Shown: positions 22,310 through 32,100 of the stretch, piece by piece
How positions within the stretch are numbered: position 1 is the first letter of the stretch
Layout of the letters: every line of letters begins with the position of its first letter
Assembly (NCBI GenBank): GCA_000004985.1
Contig: GG738847.1
DNA: 64,000 nucleotides
From: Naegleria gruberi
Taxonomy: Eukaryota
Reading direction: 5' to 3' (one strand)
Translations under genes and position numbers: made by a program
Notes under the pieces: generated by a model
Told to the model about the DNA's origin: nothing
Database searches by the model: none
What the model saw: the letters and a program-made list of their open reading frames with translations, nothing else

Positions 22310-22468
22310 ATTTTCGCACCCAAAACATAATCCAAACCAAAAAAATATCCGTGAGTGTGATTGGTTTACCCCTGATAAATTGTTGCTTACACCTTTGTCC
22401 TGGTTTTAAAATCACACTACCCGAATTACTTTTTAAAAACAAAACCTCTAGTTTAATAGACATACAAT

Positions 22469-23944
22469 ATGACTCATTGTGATATCTCATCGTGGGTTCT
22501 CATTACCACATACCTCAACTATGCTGTCCTCATCCTTTTGGGACAAATCCGTGACTTTTTCCATGAATTATTTATTGGTTCTATCCATCAAACACCAAAA
22601 GGATTTGCTCCTCTTGTTCATTCATACGAAGACCTCTATACTCGTAGACTCTATCGTCGTATTTGTGATTGTTGGAATAGACCAATCTCTAGCAGACCAG
22701 GTGCTTACATTGATGTTATGAAACGTGTCTCTAACGACTACAACAAGACCATTCAAATTACCGATGATAGAATTCATTGTTTAAATCTTGCTAGTTACAA
22801 TTATTTGGGCTTTGCTGATAGTCCAAAGCACGTTCTTGATGATGTGCTCAAGAGCATTGATCAATATGGTCCTGCTTCCGCTTCTGCTTATGGAGATTTT
22901 GGTTATTCTAAAATTCACAAGGAATTGGAAGATATGACTGCCAAGTTTGTTGGAAAGGAAGATTCTATTGTTTTCTCTATGGGTTTTGCTACTAACAGTA
23001 CTACCATCCCATTGTTGGCACCAACACCTGATTGTTTAATTATTAGTGACCAATTGAATCACACTAGTATTGTTGCTGGTGTCAGATCTACTGGTGGTGC
23101 TAAAGTTACTGTTTTTAAACACAATGACATGGATCACTTGGAAAAGATTGTCAGAAAGAGTATTATTGAAGGACAACCTGTAACTCATAGACCTTGGAAG
23201 AAGATTATCATTATCGTTGAAGGTATTTACAGTATGGAAGGAGAAATTGTCAATTTGAAGCGTGCTGTTGAAATCAAGAAGAAGTATGGTTGTTATTTGT
23301 ATGTTGATGAAGCCCACTCTATTGGTGCTCTTGGTAAGAATGGAAGAGGTGTCTGTGATTACTGTGGAGTTTCACCTGCTGATGTGGATATTTTGATGGG
23401 TACTTTTACTAAGAGTTTTGGAAGTGTTGGAGGATACATTGCTGCAGATAAGGAAGTTATTACTTATCTTAGAAAGAACAGTTATGGTCTTGTTTATGGT
23501 AGTAGTTTACCTATTCCATGTGCTCAACAAGCTCTCTCTGCTCTTAAGGTTATTACTGGTGATGATGGTACTGACATTGGTAAGACTAAGCTCTTCCAAC
23601 TTAATGATACTTCTAACTATCTCAGAGAAGGTCTTAAGAAGCTCGGATTTGAAGTTATCAGTGATGTTGACTCACCTGTCATTATTACCATGTTATACAA
23701 TCCTGCTAAGATGCCAGCATTCTCTAGAATGAGTCTTGAACAAGGTATTGCTGTTGTCGTTGTTGGTGCTCCAGCTTGTGACACACTCTGCTCAAGAGTT
23801 CGTTTCTGCGTTTCTGCTGCTCACACTAGAGAAGATGTCGATAAAGCTCTTAAGAAGTTAGACGTGGTTGGTACTTGGACTGGAACAAAGTACAAGGTAT
23901 TCGAAAGCCAACTTGTAAATGACTTGTACCAATTGGTTATGTAA
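22469..23944 (+). CDS. LCB2: Serine palmitoyltransferase subunit 2 (LCB2/SPTLC2), an alpha-oxoamine synthase.
   Basis: Diagnostic blocks: N-terminal TM YLNYAVLILLGQIRDFF, the PLP-lysine region FTKSFGSVGGY, and EGIYSMEGEIVNLKRAVEIKKKYGCYLYVDEAHSIGALG. 491 aa. Confidence 0.9.
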   Translation: MTHCDISSWVLITTYLNYAVLILLGQIRDFFHELFIGSIHQTPKGFAPLVHSYEDLYTRRLYRRICDCWNRPISSRPGAYIDVMKRVSNDYNKTIQITDDRIHCLNLASYNYLGFADSPKHVLDDVLKSIDQYGPASASAYGDFGYSKIHKELEDMTAKFVGKEDSIVFSMGFATNSTTIPLLAPTPDCLIISDQLNHTSIVAGVRSTGGAKVTVFKHNDMDHLEKIVRKSIIEGQPVTHRPWKKIIIIVEGIYSMEGEIVNLKRAVEIKKKYGCYLYVDEAHSIGALGKNGRGVCDYCGVSPADVDILMGTFTKSFGSVGGYIAADKEVITYLRKNSYGLVYGSSLPIPCAQQALSALKVITGDDGTDIGKTKLFQLNDTSNYLREGLKKLGFEVISDVDSPVIITMLYNPAKMPAFSRMSLEQGIAVVVVGAPACDTLCSRVRFCVSAAHTREDVDKALKKLDVVGTWTGTKYKVFESQLVNDLYQLVM

Positions 23945-24115
23945 AAATTTTAAACAACAATACAATACAATATGGATTGAGTAGATCCATGTTACGAATA
24001 ATCTGTAAAATTATAAAATAGAGTTTCAAAATTTTTGTTTAATTTTGGAAATGTTGAAAAAAATACAAATTTAGAAATATTTAACATATTTTGGAAATGT
24101 TGAAACGTTTTTTAT

Positions 24116-25255
24116 TTACTTTTGACCAACTTGTTCAGCAACTTCTTCAGCGAAAGATTTCTTTGCTTGGTAAGCCATACCTTCACCAACCTTCATTCTA
24201 ATAAAATCAACAACTTCAATACCTTCTTCTTTCAAAAATTGTTGAACTGACATCTTTTGATCTAAAACCCAAGGTTGAAGCAACAAGACATGGTCAGCAA
24301 GGAATTGCTTATTCAATTGACCTTCAATCATCATATTCAAAATGTTTTGTGGTTTTGGCTTATATTCCTTACCAGCTTCTTCAGCCTTCTTCTTTTCTTC
24401 CATATTTTGTTCCTCGAGTCTCTTGATTAATAATTCACGTTCATGAGACAAAACTTCAGCTGGAACTTGATCCTTTGTTAAATAATTTGGACCCATACCA
24501 CAAATGTGCATGGCAATTTGTCTACCAGCAGATTGTAATTGTTCAGCAGTCTTGGTTGAATTTGGAGCAGCTTTAACAATGACAAAAGCACCAACACCAC
24601 CAATCTTTGAGGTCTTACTATTATGAAGATATCCAACTAATTGAGATGAGGAATCGATATTATTAATGAATTTAACTCTTCTGGCCTTTACATTTTCACG
24701 TAAAACAGCAACAAGTTCAGTGAATTTTTGTTTGATTGAAACTCCATTTTCAAAAAGTGCTGAATTTTCAGCAACTTGTTGATTGAATGATTGTTCATCT
24801 TGTTCAACTGAATATTCATTCTTTTCAAACTTTGATTTTACCAAAACATCCAAACATTCGTCAACAACACCCTTGAAAACATCCGAGTTAATAACAAAGT
24901 CAGTTTCACTGTTAACTTCAAAGAGAACACCTCTTTCATTACCATTTTGTTGAATACCAATAATACCTTCTTGTGTAGATCTTGCTGATTTCTTAGCAGC
25001 TGTTTGAAGACCTTTTTGTCTGAGCCATTCCTTAGCCTTTTTAATATCATTATCACTTTCTTCGAGGGCTTTTCTAACTTGTCCTAAAGGAGCATCAGTT
25101 TCGGCTCTCAATTGTTTGATAAGTTCCGTTGGTGGAGCTCTCAAGAAATTAGTACAAGTAAACATGGATCTAGTAGTGGTAACACCATTACAAATCATCA
25201 TATTTTGCTTGCCACACAAGACTGAAGGAACTCTGCTGCAGATACGTTTCATCAT
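24116..25255 (-). CDS. TSFM: Mitochondrial translation elongation factor Ts (TSFM).
   Basis: EF-Ts N-terminal UBA-like motif (LIKQLRAETDAPLGQVRKALEESDNDIKKAKEWLRQKG) and EF-Ts dimerisation core. N-terminal presequence present. Confidence 0.85.
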   Translation of the reverse strand: MMKRICSRVPSVLCGKQNMMICNGVTTTRSMFTCTNFLRAPPTELIKQLRAETDAPLGQVRKALEESDNDIKKAKEWLRQKGLQTAAKKSARSTQEGIIGIQQNGNERGVLFEVNSETDFVINSDVFKGVVDECLDVLVKSKFEKNEYSVEQDEQSFNQQVAENSALFENGVSIKQKFTELVAVLRENVKARRVKFINNIDSSSQLVGYLHNSKTSKIGGVGAFVIVKAAPNSTKTAEQLQSAGRQIAMHICGMGPNYLTKDQVPAEVLSHERELLIKRLEEQNMEEKKKAEEAGKEYKPKPQNILNMMIEGQLNKQFLADHVLLLQPWVLDQKMSVQQFLKEEGIEVVDFIRMKVGEGMAYQAKKSFAEEVAEQVGQK

Positions 25256-25480
25256 TTTTTTTCAAATTTTATTTAATTTCTCAATTTTTCAATTCAATCA
25301 ATTTTTTCCATTTTCTTTGCTTTTGGTCATTAAACACTTCGGGATAGGGAGTTTTGAATTTGTTGTTACGAGTTGTAGAATTGAATCATAGTACATTCAT
25401 CACTTATAAAATAGCAAGTTATTGTAGTTAGTGTAATATGTTTTCATATTCAATCATAATATTATCACAATCACAAATAA

Positions 25481-25768
25481 TTAATTATCGGAAGAGGGTG
25501 ATGTTTGCTTCTTTTTAAAGTAAGCTACGGAACGATCGACCATAAAGTCTAATCCAACGAAAATAGAGGCAGCCAATGCTAGATTCTTTCCGAGATGAGA
25601 CATTTTAATGTTGGAGAGTGAATAGTTTCCAGTGGCTTGCTTTGATTGAAATAGAGTCAAGATACCACCAACTGCAAGACCTTGTTGGGCACTATAAACG
25701 TATGGATGCCTTTTGGAGAATGGCAAATTCTCTACAGATTCCGTTGTGGTGTTATTACTTTCAGACAT
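25481..25768 (-). CDS. Small membrane protein of 95 aa, possibly Tim17/Tim22/OEP16 superfamily-like. Hypothetical.
   Basis: Two predicted transmembrane helices with G-rich faces (LAVGGILTLF; LALAASIFVGL). The family assignment is weak, and additional exons are possible. Confidence 0.3.
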   Translation of the reverse strand: MSESNNTTTESVENLPFSKRHPYVYSAQQGLAVGGILTLFQSKQATGNYSLSNIKMSHLGKNLALAASIFVGLDFMVDRSVAYFKKKQTSPSSDN

Positions 25769-25819
25769 TTTTTAGTAAATTATTAAAAATTGTAAAATAT
25801 TGATTAAACACTGATTGGT

Positions 25820-26890
25820 TTAATTGAATTTTTGAAGTGGAGTTGGAGCACTATAATAATGAGAGAACCACTTATTGAGTGCATCTTGGGCTGCTTTTTG
25901 TTCAGCAATCTTTTTAGTTTGTCCAGTTCCTTCTCCAATGACATCATTATCAACATAGACATGAACTGTGACAAATCTCTTTTCGTCTTTGGAAACTTCC
26001 TTGTATTGTACTGTTTTATGAGCATGTTCATGCATTTCACCAGTTCGTACCATCTGAGCTAATTGAGTTTTTGGATCAAAATATTGTAACATGGCTGTAA
26101 TATCAATACTCTGAGCAATGAGATTCCTCACAATGAATTTTCTAGCTTCCATCAATCCATGTTGTTCAAAGAGTGCTCCAACCATTCTATAAATTGAAAA
26201 TACTAAAAGTGAATCCAAATTATTTCTTTCAATATTCAATCCACTTCCTGTAACTTCTGAATCAATTGGAGGATTATCCAAATCACTATCATCTCTATTA
26301 TTCAAATTATTTGATGAAGCAACCAAAGTCAGTGAGGATGACAATAAACCATCCAATTTTAAACTCTTTGCCACTTGAACAATGGTTCTATTCTTTAAAA
26401 ACTCTAAAGTGGCCATCACAAGATGATCATGAGTGAGATTAGGAAAGTGAGCAAACAAGTAATCAGCTACACACAATGCAGTTACATTTCTTCCAACAAA
26501 ATTCAATCGAGAACCTTCCGATGACAAACCTCTTGTTTGAACAATGGAAGTGAGAAGAGTTTTATCATCAAGAGGGAGTGGAATTTCATTTTCAATACAC
26601 AACTTTTTAAAAGACTCTACAATAATTGCTGTTTTTTCATCGAGTATTCTTTGTTCTTGTCTCTTATTATTATTTGTCAAATTGGTATGATAACAACATG
26701 TTGTTAATCCCGATAAAGCTGGGAAATGTTCACAGTGATGATACTGATGATGATGATTTGTTGTTGAATTATTGAAATTAACTCTGGAGAATATTACATT
26801 TCTTGAGGATGTTGTGGTAGAAGATAAAATTCTTCTCATCATGAGTTTGCAAGTTGTTGAAGTTTTCATTATTTTTATTCTTTGTTTCAA
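25820..26890 (-). CDS. MRPL44: RNase III-fold plus dsRBD protein with degenerate catalytic residues, a mitochondrial ribosomal protein L44 / Mrpl3-like.
   Basis: SRLNFVGRNVTALCVADYLFAHFPN corresponds to the ERLEFLGD...YLFxxFP RNase III signature with the acidic residues lost. C-terminal dsRBD (TVHVYVDNDVIGEGTGQTKKIAEQKAAQDAL). The N-terminus looks like a presequence. Confidence 0.55.
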   Translation of the reverse strand: MKQRIKIMKTSTTCKLMMRRILSSTTTSSRNVIFSRVNFNNSTTNHHHQYHHCEHFPALSGLTTCCYHTNLTNNNKRQEQRILDEKTAIIVESFKKLCIENEIPLPLDDKTLLTSIVQTRGLSSEGSRLNFVGRNVTALCVADYLFAHFPNLTHDHLVMATLEFLKNRTIVQVAKSLKLDGLLSSSLTLVASSNNLNNRDDSDLDNPPIDSEVTGSGLNIERNNLDSLLVFSIYRMVGALFEQHGLMEARKFIVRNLIAQSIDITAMLQYFDPKTQLAQMVRTGEMHEHAHKTVQYKEVSKDEKRFVTVHVYVDNDVIGEGTGQTKKIAEQKAAQDALNKWFSHYYSAPTPLQKFN

Positions 26891-27039
26891 TCAAATTAAA
26901 ACTCTCACAACAATCATCTCTTTGAATACTTTCAAATTTTGAATATTAATATTTTGTTAATGGAAATTCTTGTTCTTGTTTACTTGATGGATTCACATGA
27001 GCTGTGGATTACAAAGCCATTATCGTTCATTAAATCTTC

Positions 27040-29027
27040 ATGTACGATAGATTTGAAAAAAACATGTCAACTATACAAACCGAAGATCAATCGATCCTTG
27101 CTAAATTCTTGACTTGGTTTTCATCAGCATCCTCTGGAGATGACAACAGTACTAGTATTGCAACTAATTGGATCAAAGTTGGTGAAAGATCTCTATTGAT
27201 CTTTCTACTTGCAAATTTCATCCTAAAGACATTCACGAACAGGAAGGAAAATGATCAATCTCTCTTCAAGTCAATTACAATGTCTTTGGCTAATTCAAAG
27301 GTGGGACAAAAACTAATTGGTAGTGAAATTGAGAAGGAGGTAAAGAAGAGTGTTTCCGAAATGTTTAAAACTAAAGCTCCATCTCAACGATTGACCTTTC
27401 CTGGGAAGGCCAGTTCTCAAGCCGAGATTGAACAATATTTACAATCACTGAAAGAATTGGATGCCAAAACAAAGGAAGGAAAAGTCTTTGCTTTTGTCTA
27501 TCATTTATCGGAGGGTCATGATGAATTTGTTACAAAGATGCACAACATGTTTATTGTGAGTTTTCTTTCTCATTATTTCAATATAATTTTGATTCATTAT
27601 TGCTACAATAGAATACTAATTGTCTATCACCAATGGCATTCCAATCTTTGAGACAAATGGAAATTGAATTGGTTGAGATGACCTCTGATCTTTTTCATGG
27701 ACATGATGAATGTAAGGAAAATGAAATACTTCCTCATTCATTTCACAGAGATTTTCTCCATAAGGATGTAGTTGGATCAGTGTCGAGTGGTGGAACAGAA
27801 TCTCTCTTGTTAATGCTCAAGGCCTATCGTGACTTTTTCACAAACTATCACGAAGAGTACAAGAAGATAATGTCTGAAAAGTATCCTGAAAAGAAGGATG
27901 AAATTAACAATTTTCAAGGTCCTTTCGAAGTGATTGTTTGTACCAGTGTCCATCCAGCTGTCAATAAGGGAGCTCATTATTTTGGATTGAAACTTGTTGA
28001 GGTTGAGGTGGATAGAACAACATTTACCATGCATCCAGAATCTGTTGAAAAGGCTTTCAATCCTGGAAAGACAATTCTCGTAATTGCATCATGTCCTAGT
28101 TATCCTCATGGTATTCTTGATCCTATTGAGCAATTGTCCAAGTTGTGTGTTAAATTGGGACCTATTGGATTGCATGTAGATAGTTGTATTGGAGGATATG
28201 TAGTTCCATTCATTAATGAGGCAGTCAACCAAGATGTTCTTCCACCATTCGATTTTAGATTATTGGGAGTTACCAGTATTTCAGCTGATTTACACAAATA
28301 TGGATACTCTTGTAAGGGATCTAGTGTTATCATGTATAGAAATCCAATGATTAGAAAGCAGCAATTCTTTGCCTATGGTGAGTGGAGTGGAGGTCTCTAT
28401 ATCAGTCCAACAATTATGGGAAGTAAAGGAGGTGGTCCTATCGCCTCTTCATATGCAAGGTAAGTTGAATCCATAAGATTGTAAAACTAATTGTCTAAAA
28501 TTCACAGCTTGAAATTGGTTGGACGTGAAGGATTTGTCAAAGTGACAAGAGAAATGCTCAATACTAGGAAGTACATTCAGAATGCAATTGAAACAGATGA
28601 GGTATTATCAAAGTATTTGCAAGTTGTTGGTTCTCCATGTTCTACCATTATTGCCTTCTCCTCAAAGGAAACTCTTTCAAATTTTAGAAATTCACTCACA
28701 AAAGAAGAGAAATATGAACCAATCAACATTTTTGCCATTTCAGATAGAATGGAGAAGGAATATGGATGGGATTTACAACGTCAAACTAGACCAGACTCGC
28801 TCCATATGACCATCATGCCTCAACACATTGGTTTAGAACAGAAACTTGTTGAAAACTTGAGGGAGTGTGTTTCATATGTTTCAGAACATGGTACGGATTA
28901 CGATGGAAAGGACAGTGTTGCAATGTACGGTATGATTGCCAATGTAAAGAATCTTTTGAGTGGAGGTGTTGTTGAATTGTTCCTTAAAACATTCCTTGAC
29001 GAAGTTTATAGAATAAGATACAAGTAA
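27040..29027 (+). CDS. SGPL1: Sphingosine-1-phosphate lyase (SGPL1/DPL1), a PLP-dependent enzyme. Three exons: 27040..27555, 27612..28459, 28508..29027.
   Basis: Introns of 56 nt (GTGAGT...AATAG) and 48 nt (GTAAGT...CACAG); phases close. Strong similarity blocks: SGGTESLLLMLKAYRD, HVDSCIGGYVVPF, and FDFRLLGVTSISADLHKYGYSCKGSSVIMYRN with the PLP lysine. Confidence 0.85.
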
Positions 29028-29184
29028 TATGAAATGGAACCACTCATTAAATGACACTAAATACTATATTGATAAGTTTGTGGGCCCAATTGCTGAATTG
29101 TTGTTAAATTTGTTCTTTGTGGTGATGGGCTATGTGGTTTATTTTACCGCCAAAATACTTTACTGAAAAAACAACTACAAAAAA

Positions 29185-32100
29185 ATGAGCTCAAACCAAT
29201 TAACGGACGAACAGCTCGAAGCACAACAAGAGCAAAAGGAAATGAAGGAGATTGAAAATCAACTTTCCAAACAACAAGTTGCAGAAAAATTATACGAGAA
29301 TATTTGTACTCTCGATCATTCGTTCGGATTTGAGAGTCTTAAAAGAAATAATATTCAGTATTTGAAGGAAAATATTGTTATAACAAGTGTTGGTAACACC
29401 ATACAATTTATTGATATTGCGGAATCAAGATATAGATGGATTAATGTACCCGGTCATGGAGGTATTGGAGCTTTAGCCCTCCATCCTTCGAAAAAGTGGG
29501 TTGCTATCGGAGAAAAGAGTAGAGAAAAACCAAATGTATATATTTATGAAATAACAATAGAGTCAGATATTGAGAGTATCTCATTAAAGCCAATTAAAAC
29601 ATTAAAAAATGGTACTTTGAGAGCTTTCTCTTCGATGGCATTCAATTCTAAGGGAAACAGATTGGCTACAGTCGGATCATCTCCCGATTATTTACTCACT
29701 ATTTGGAATTGGGAACAGGAAAAAATAGCGCTCAGATATAAGGCCTTTGGTCAGGATGTTTATTCTGTTTCATTTTCAGCAACAAGTGAAGGACAGCTTA
29801 CCACAAGTGGTACAGGGCACATCAAATTTTGGAAAATGGCAAAAACATTTACTGGATTAAAGCTGAAGGGTCAGATTGGTAAATTTGGTAAAATTGATAT
29901 ATCTGATATTTCCAGTTGTGTTGAGCTTCCTGATGGTAAGGTATTGTCTGGCTGTGAGGACGGTTACCTGCTGCTTTGGGATGAGAACCTTATCAAATGT
30001 TTGCTCACTAATATGGGTGAAAAATGTCACGAAAAAGGAATTGAAGTTGTAATTTACGATGAAAAAGAGAGTGTTTTTATTACAGGAGGTAATGATGGTT
30101 ATGTCAGATTTTGGGACTTTAACATGATCGATTCTGCAGAACCAATAGATACAAATAACATAATCTCTATCAGACCAAAAAGACAAATATTTATTGGGGA
30201 GGATGTGAGGGTTATTTCATTAATTAGAGAAAATGATATTTGGATTATTCAAGATGCTAATGGAGGATTTTGGAAATATCCATATCTTGAACTTGATGCT
30301 CAGGCCATTAAAATATTTAGTTTCCATTCAGGTGCAGTTGGAGGAATGCTTACATCTCCCACTGATCACGTTGCAATTACTGGAGGTGAGGATGGAACAT
30401 TGAGATTGTTTGATTATTTCTGGGCAAAAAAGGAAGTATACTCTACAAAATTTCAAAGTGGTGTTTCTAAAATGGTTTGGAACCCTTCTTTCCTAGATCA
30501 AACAGGAACTGTATTCACTGCAGGTTTTTTAGATGGTTCAGTAAGAGTACTCAGGAGATGTGAAGATTCATTTGCTTTGGTCAGTGTTTTCAAGCCTCAT
30601 AAGACTAAGGTAAATGATTTTGCCTATTCTAAGGAGGACCATTTATTTGTAAGTTGTGGAGATGATAGCACGGTATTCTTTTTTGATTATACAAAGCAAT
30701 TCTCTCCAATTGGTTATGCTAAATTTACACAACCAATCAATAGTTTAATGTTTTCTCCTGATAACACTGATTTAATTTTGTTTGCTCAAGATGGCTCAAT
30801 TTTGCGAATGGAAAAACCTGACTCCTCTCAGATTGATACCTTAAAAACCTTCGAATTCAAACCAATTACAAAGAAGATAAACTATTCACAATACATCAAA
30901 AAGGAGGCTCCTCCTAAGAAGGTCAAAAACGATGATGACAGCGATGACGAAGAGGAAATTAAGGAAGAAGTCAGTGAGGAGCAACCAAGTGAAATAGTTT
31001 GGGCAAAGATTTCAAAAGCTGGAAATTTAATTATCAGTTTCGAAAGAGGAGAGGGAATTGTAGAATATGACTCGAGTATTTTAACTACCCGTTCTTCAAA
31101 TGAAATGATTTATCCAAAGCGATATATTTGCGACTACAAATCTGTTTGTACCAGTTTAACATACAGCACAGATGAGAAGTACTTTATCTGTGGTTTTAGA
31201 GATGGTTTTGTTTTGTTTATACAGCGAGAAACAATGAAAGAGTTTAGAGGGGAATACTTGCATGATTGTATATTTGGAGAAATAGTGAGTGCCATGACAA
31301 GTTTTGATTCTAGCTTCTTGCTCACTGTTGGTAGGGAAGGTTGTTTCTTCAGTCAAAGAGTTCCACAGTACGAAACAAAGCAAGGAGAAAAACCAAACTT
31401 GACTTTTGTAGCAGAGGAAAAGGTTGTTGATGATTTATCACCAGGTCAAGCTGTCAGTATTGAAGAAGCAAGGGAGCAAGAAGAACAAAACAAAAAGCAA
31501 GCAGCAGCAGAAAAACGAAAAGAAGAGAAAAAGAAGAAGATTCAAATGATTAAGGCCAAGTATATGGAAATTGTAAAAGAAAACGAGAAGAGAGAATCAG
31601 ACATCAAATTATCGAGAGAAGAACTTCAAGTTGACACAAATTTGAAAGAAAGAGTTTTAGCAAGTAATATGAAAAAGCTTGATGAAACCAGACAAGAAAT
31701 GGATTGGAACTCTGCCAAGCATGATGTAGCTCTGAAAAAACTAAAAGACCATTTCATCGACTGCTTAGATGTTGAGAGAATAGACCTGAAGGCCTTCAGA
31801 AGCGGAAAATCTGTAACCTCTTTTAAAACAAGAAAATTGGACGAGGAGCTGAAAAAGGAAATCGAAAAAGTTCACAAGCTCATTAATGAAGAAATTGGAA
31901 GAAAAAGAGCATGGAAAACAATTGGTGATGATTCAATTTCTGCTGTAGAAATCAAAGAAAACAGCACGCCATCAGTTCATTCTTCAAACAATAGAAGAAG
32001 AAAAACTGTAATGAATAACTTTGAAAAGCAGGAAATGATGAAGAGAGAAAAGGAGGAAAGACAAAGACAAAGACAGACATTACTAAATAGAAAACCTTCA

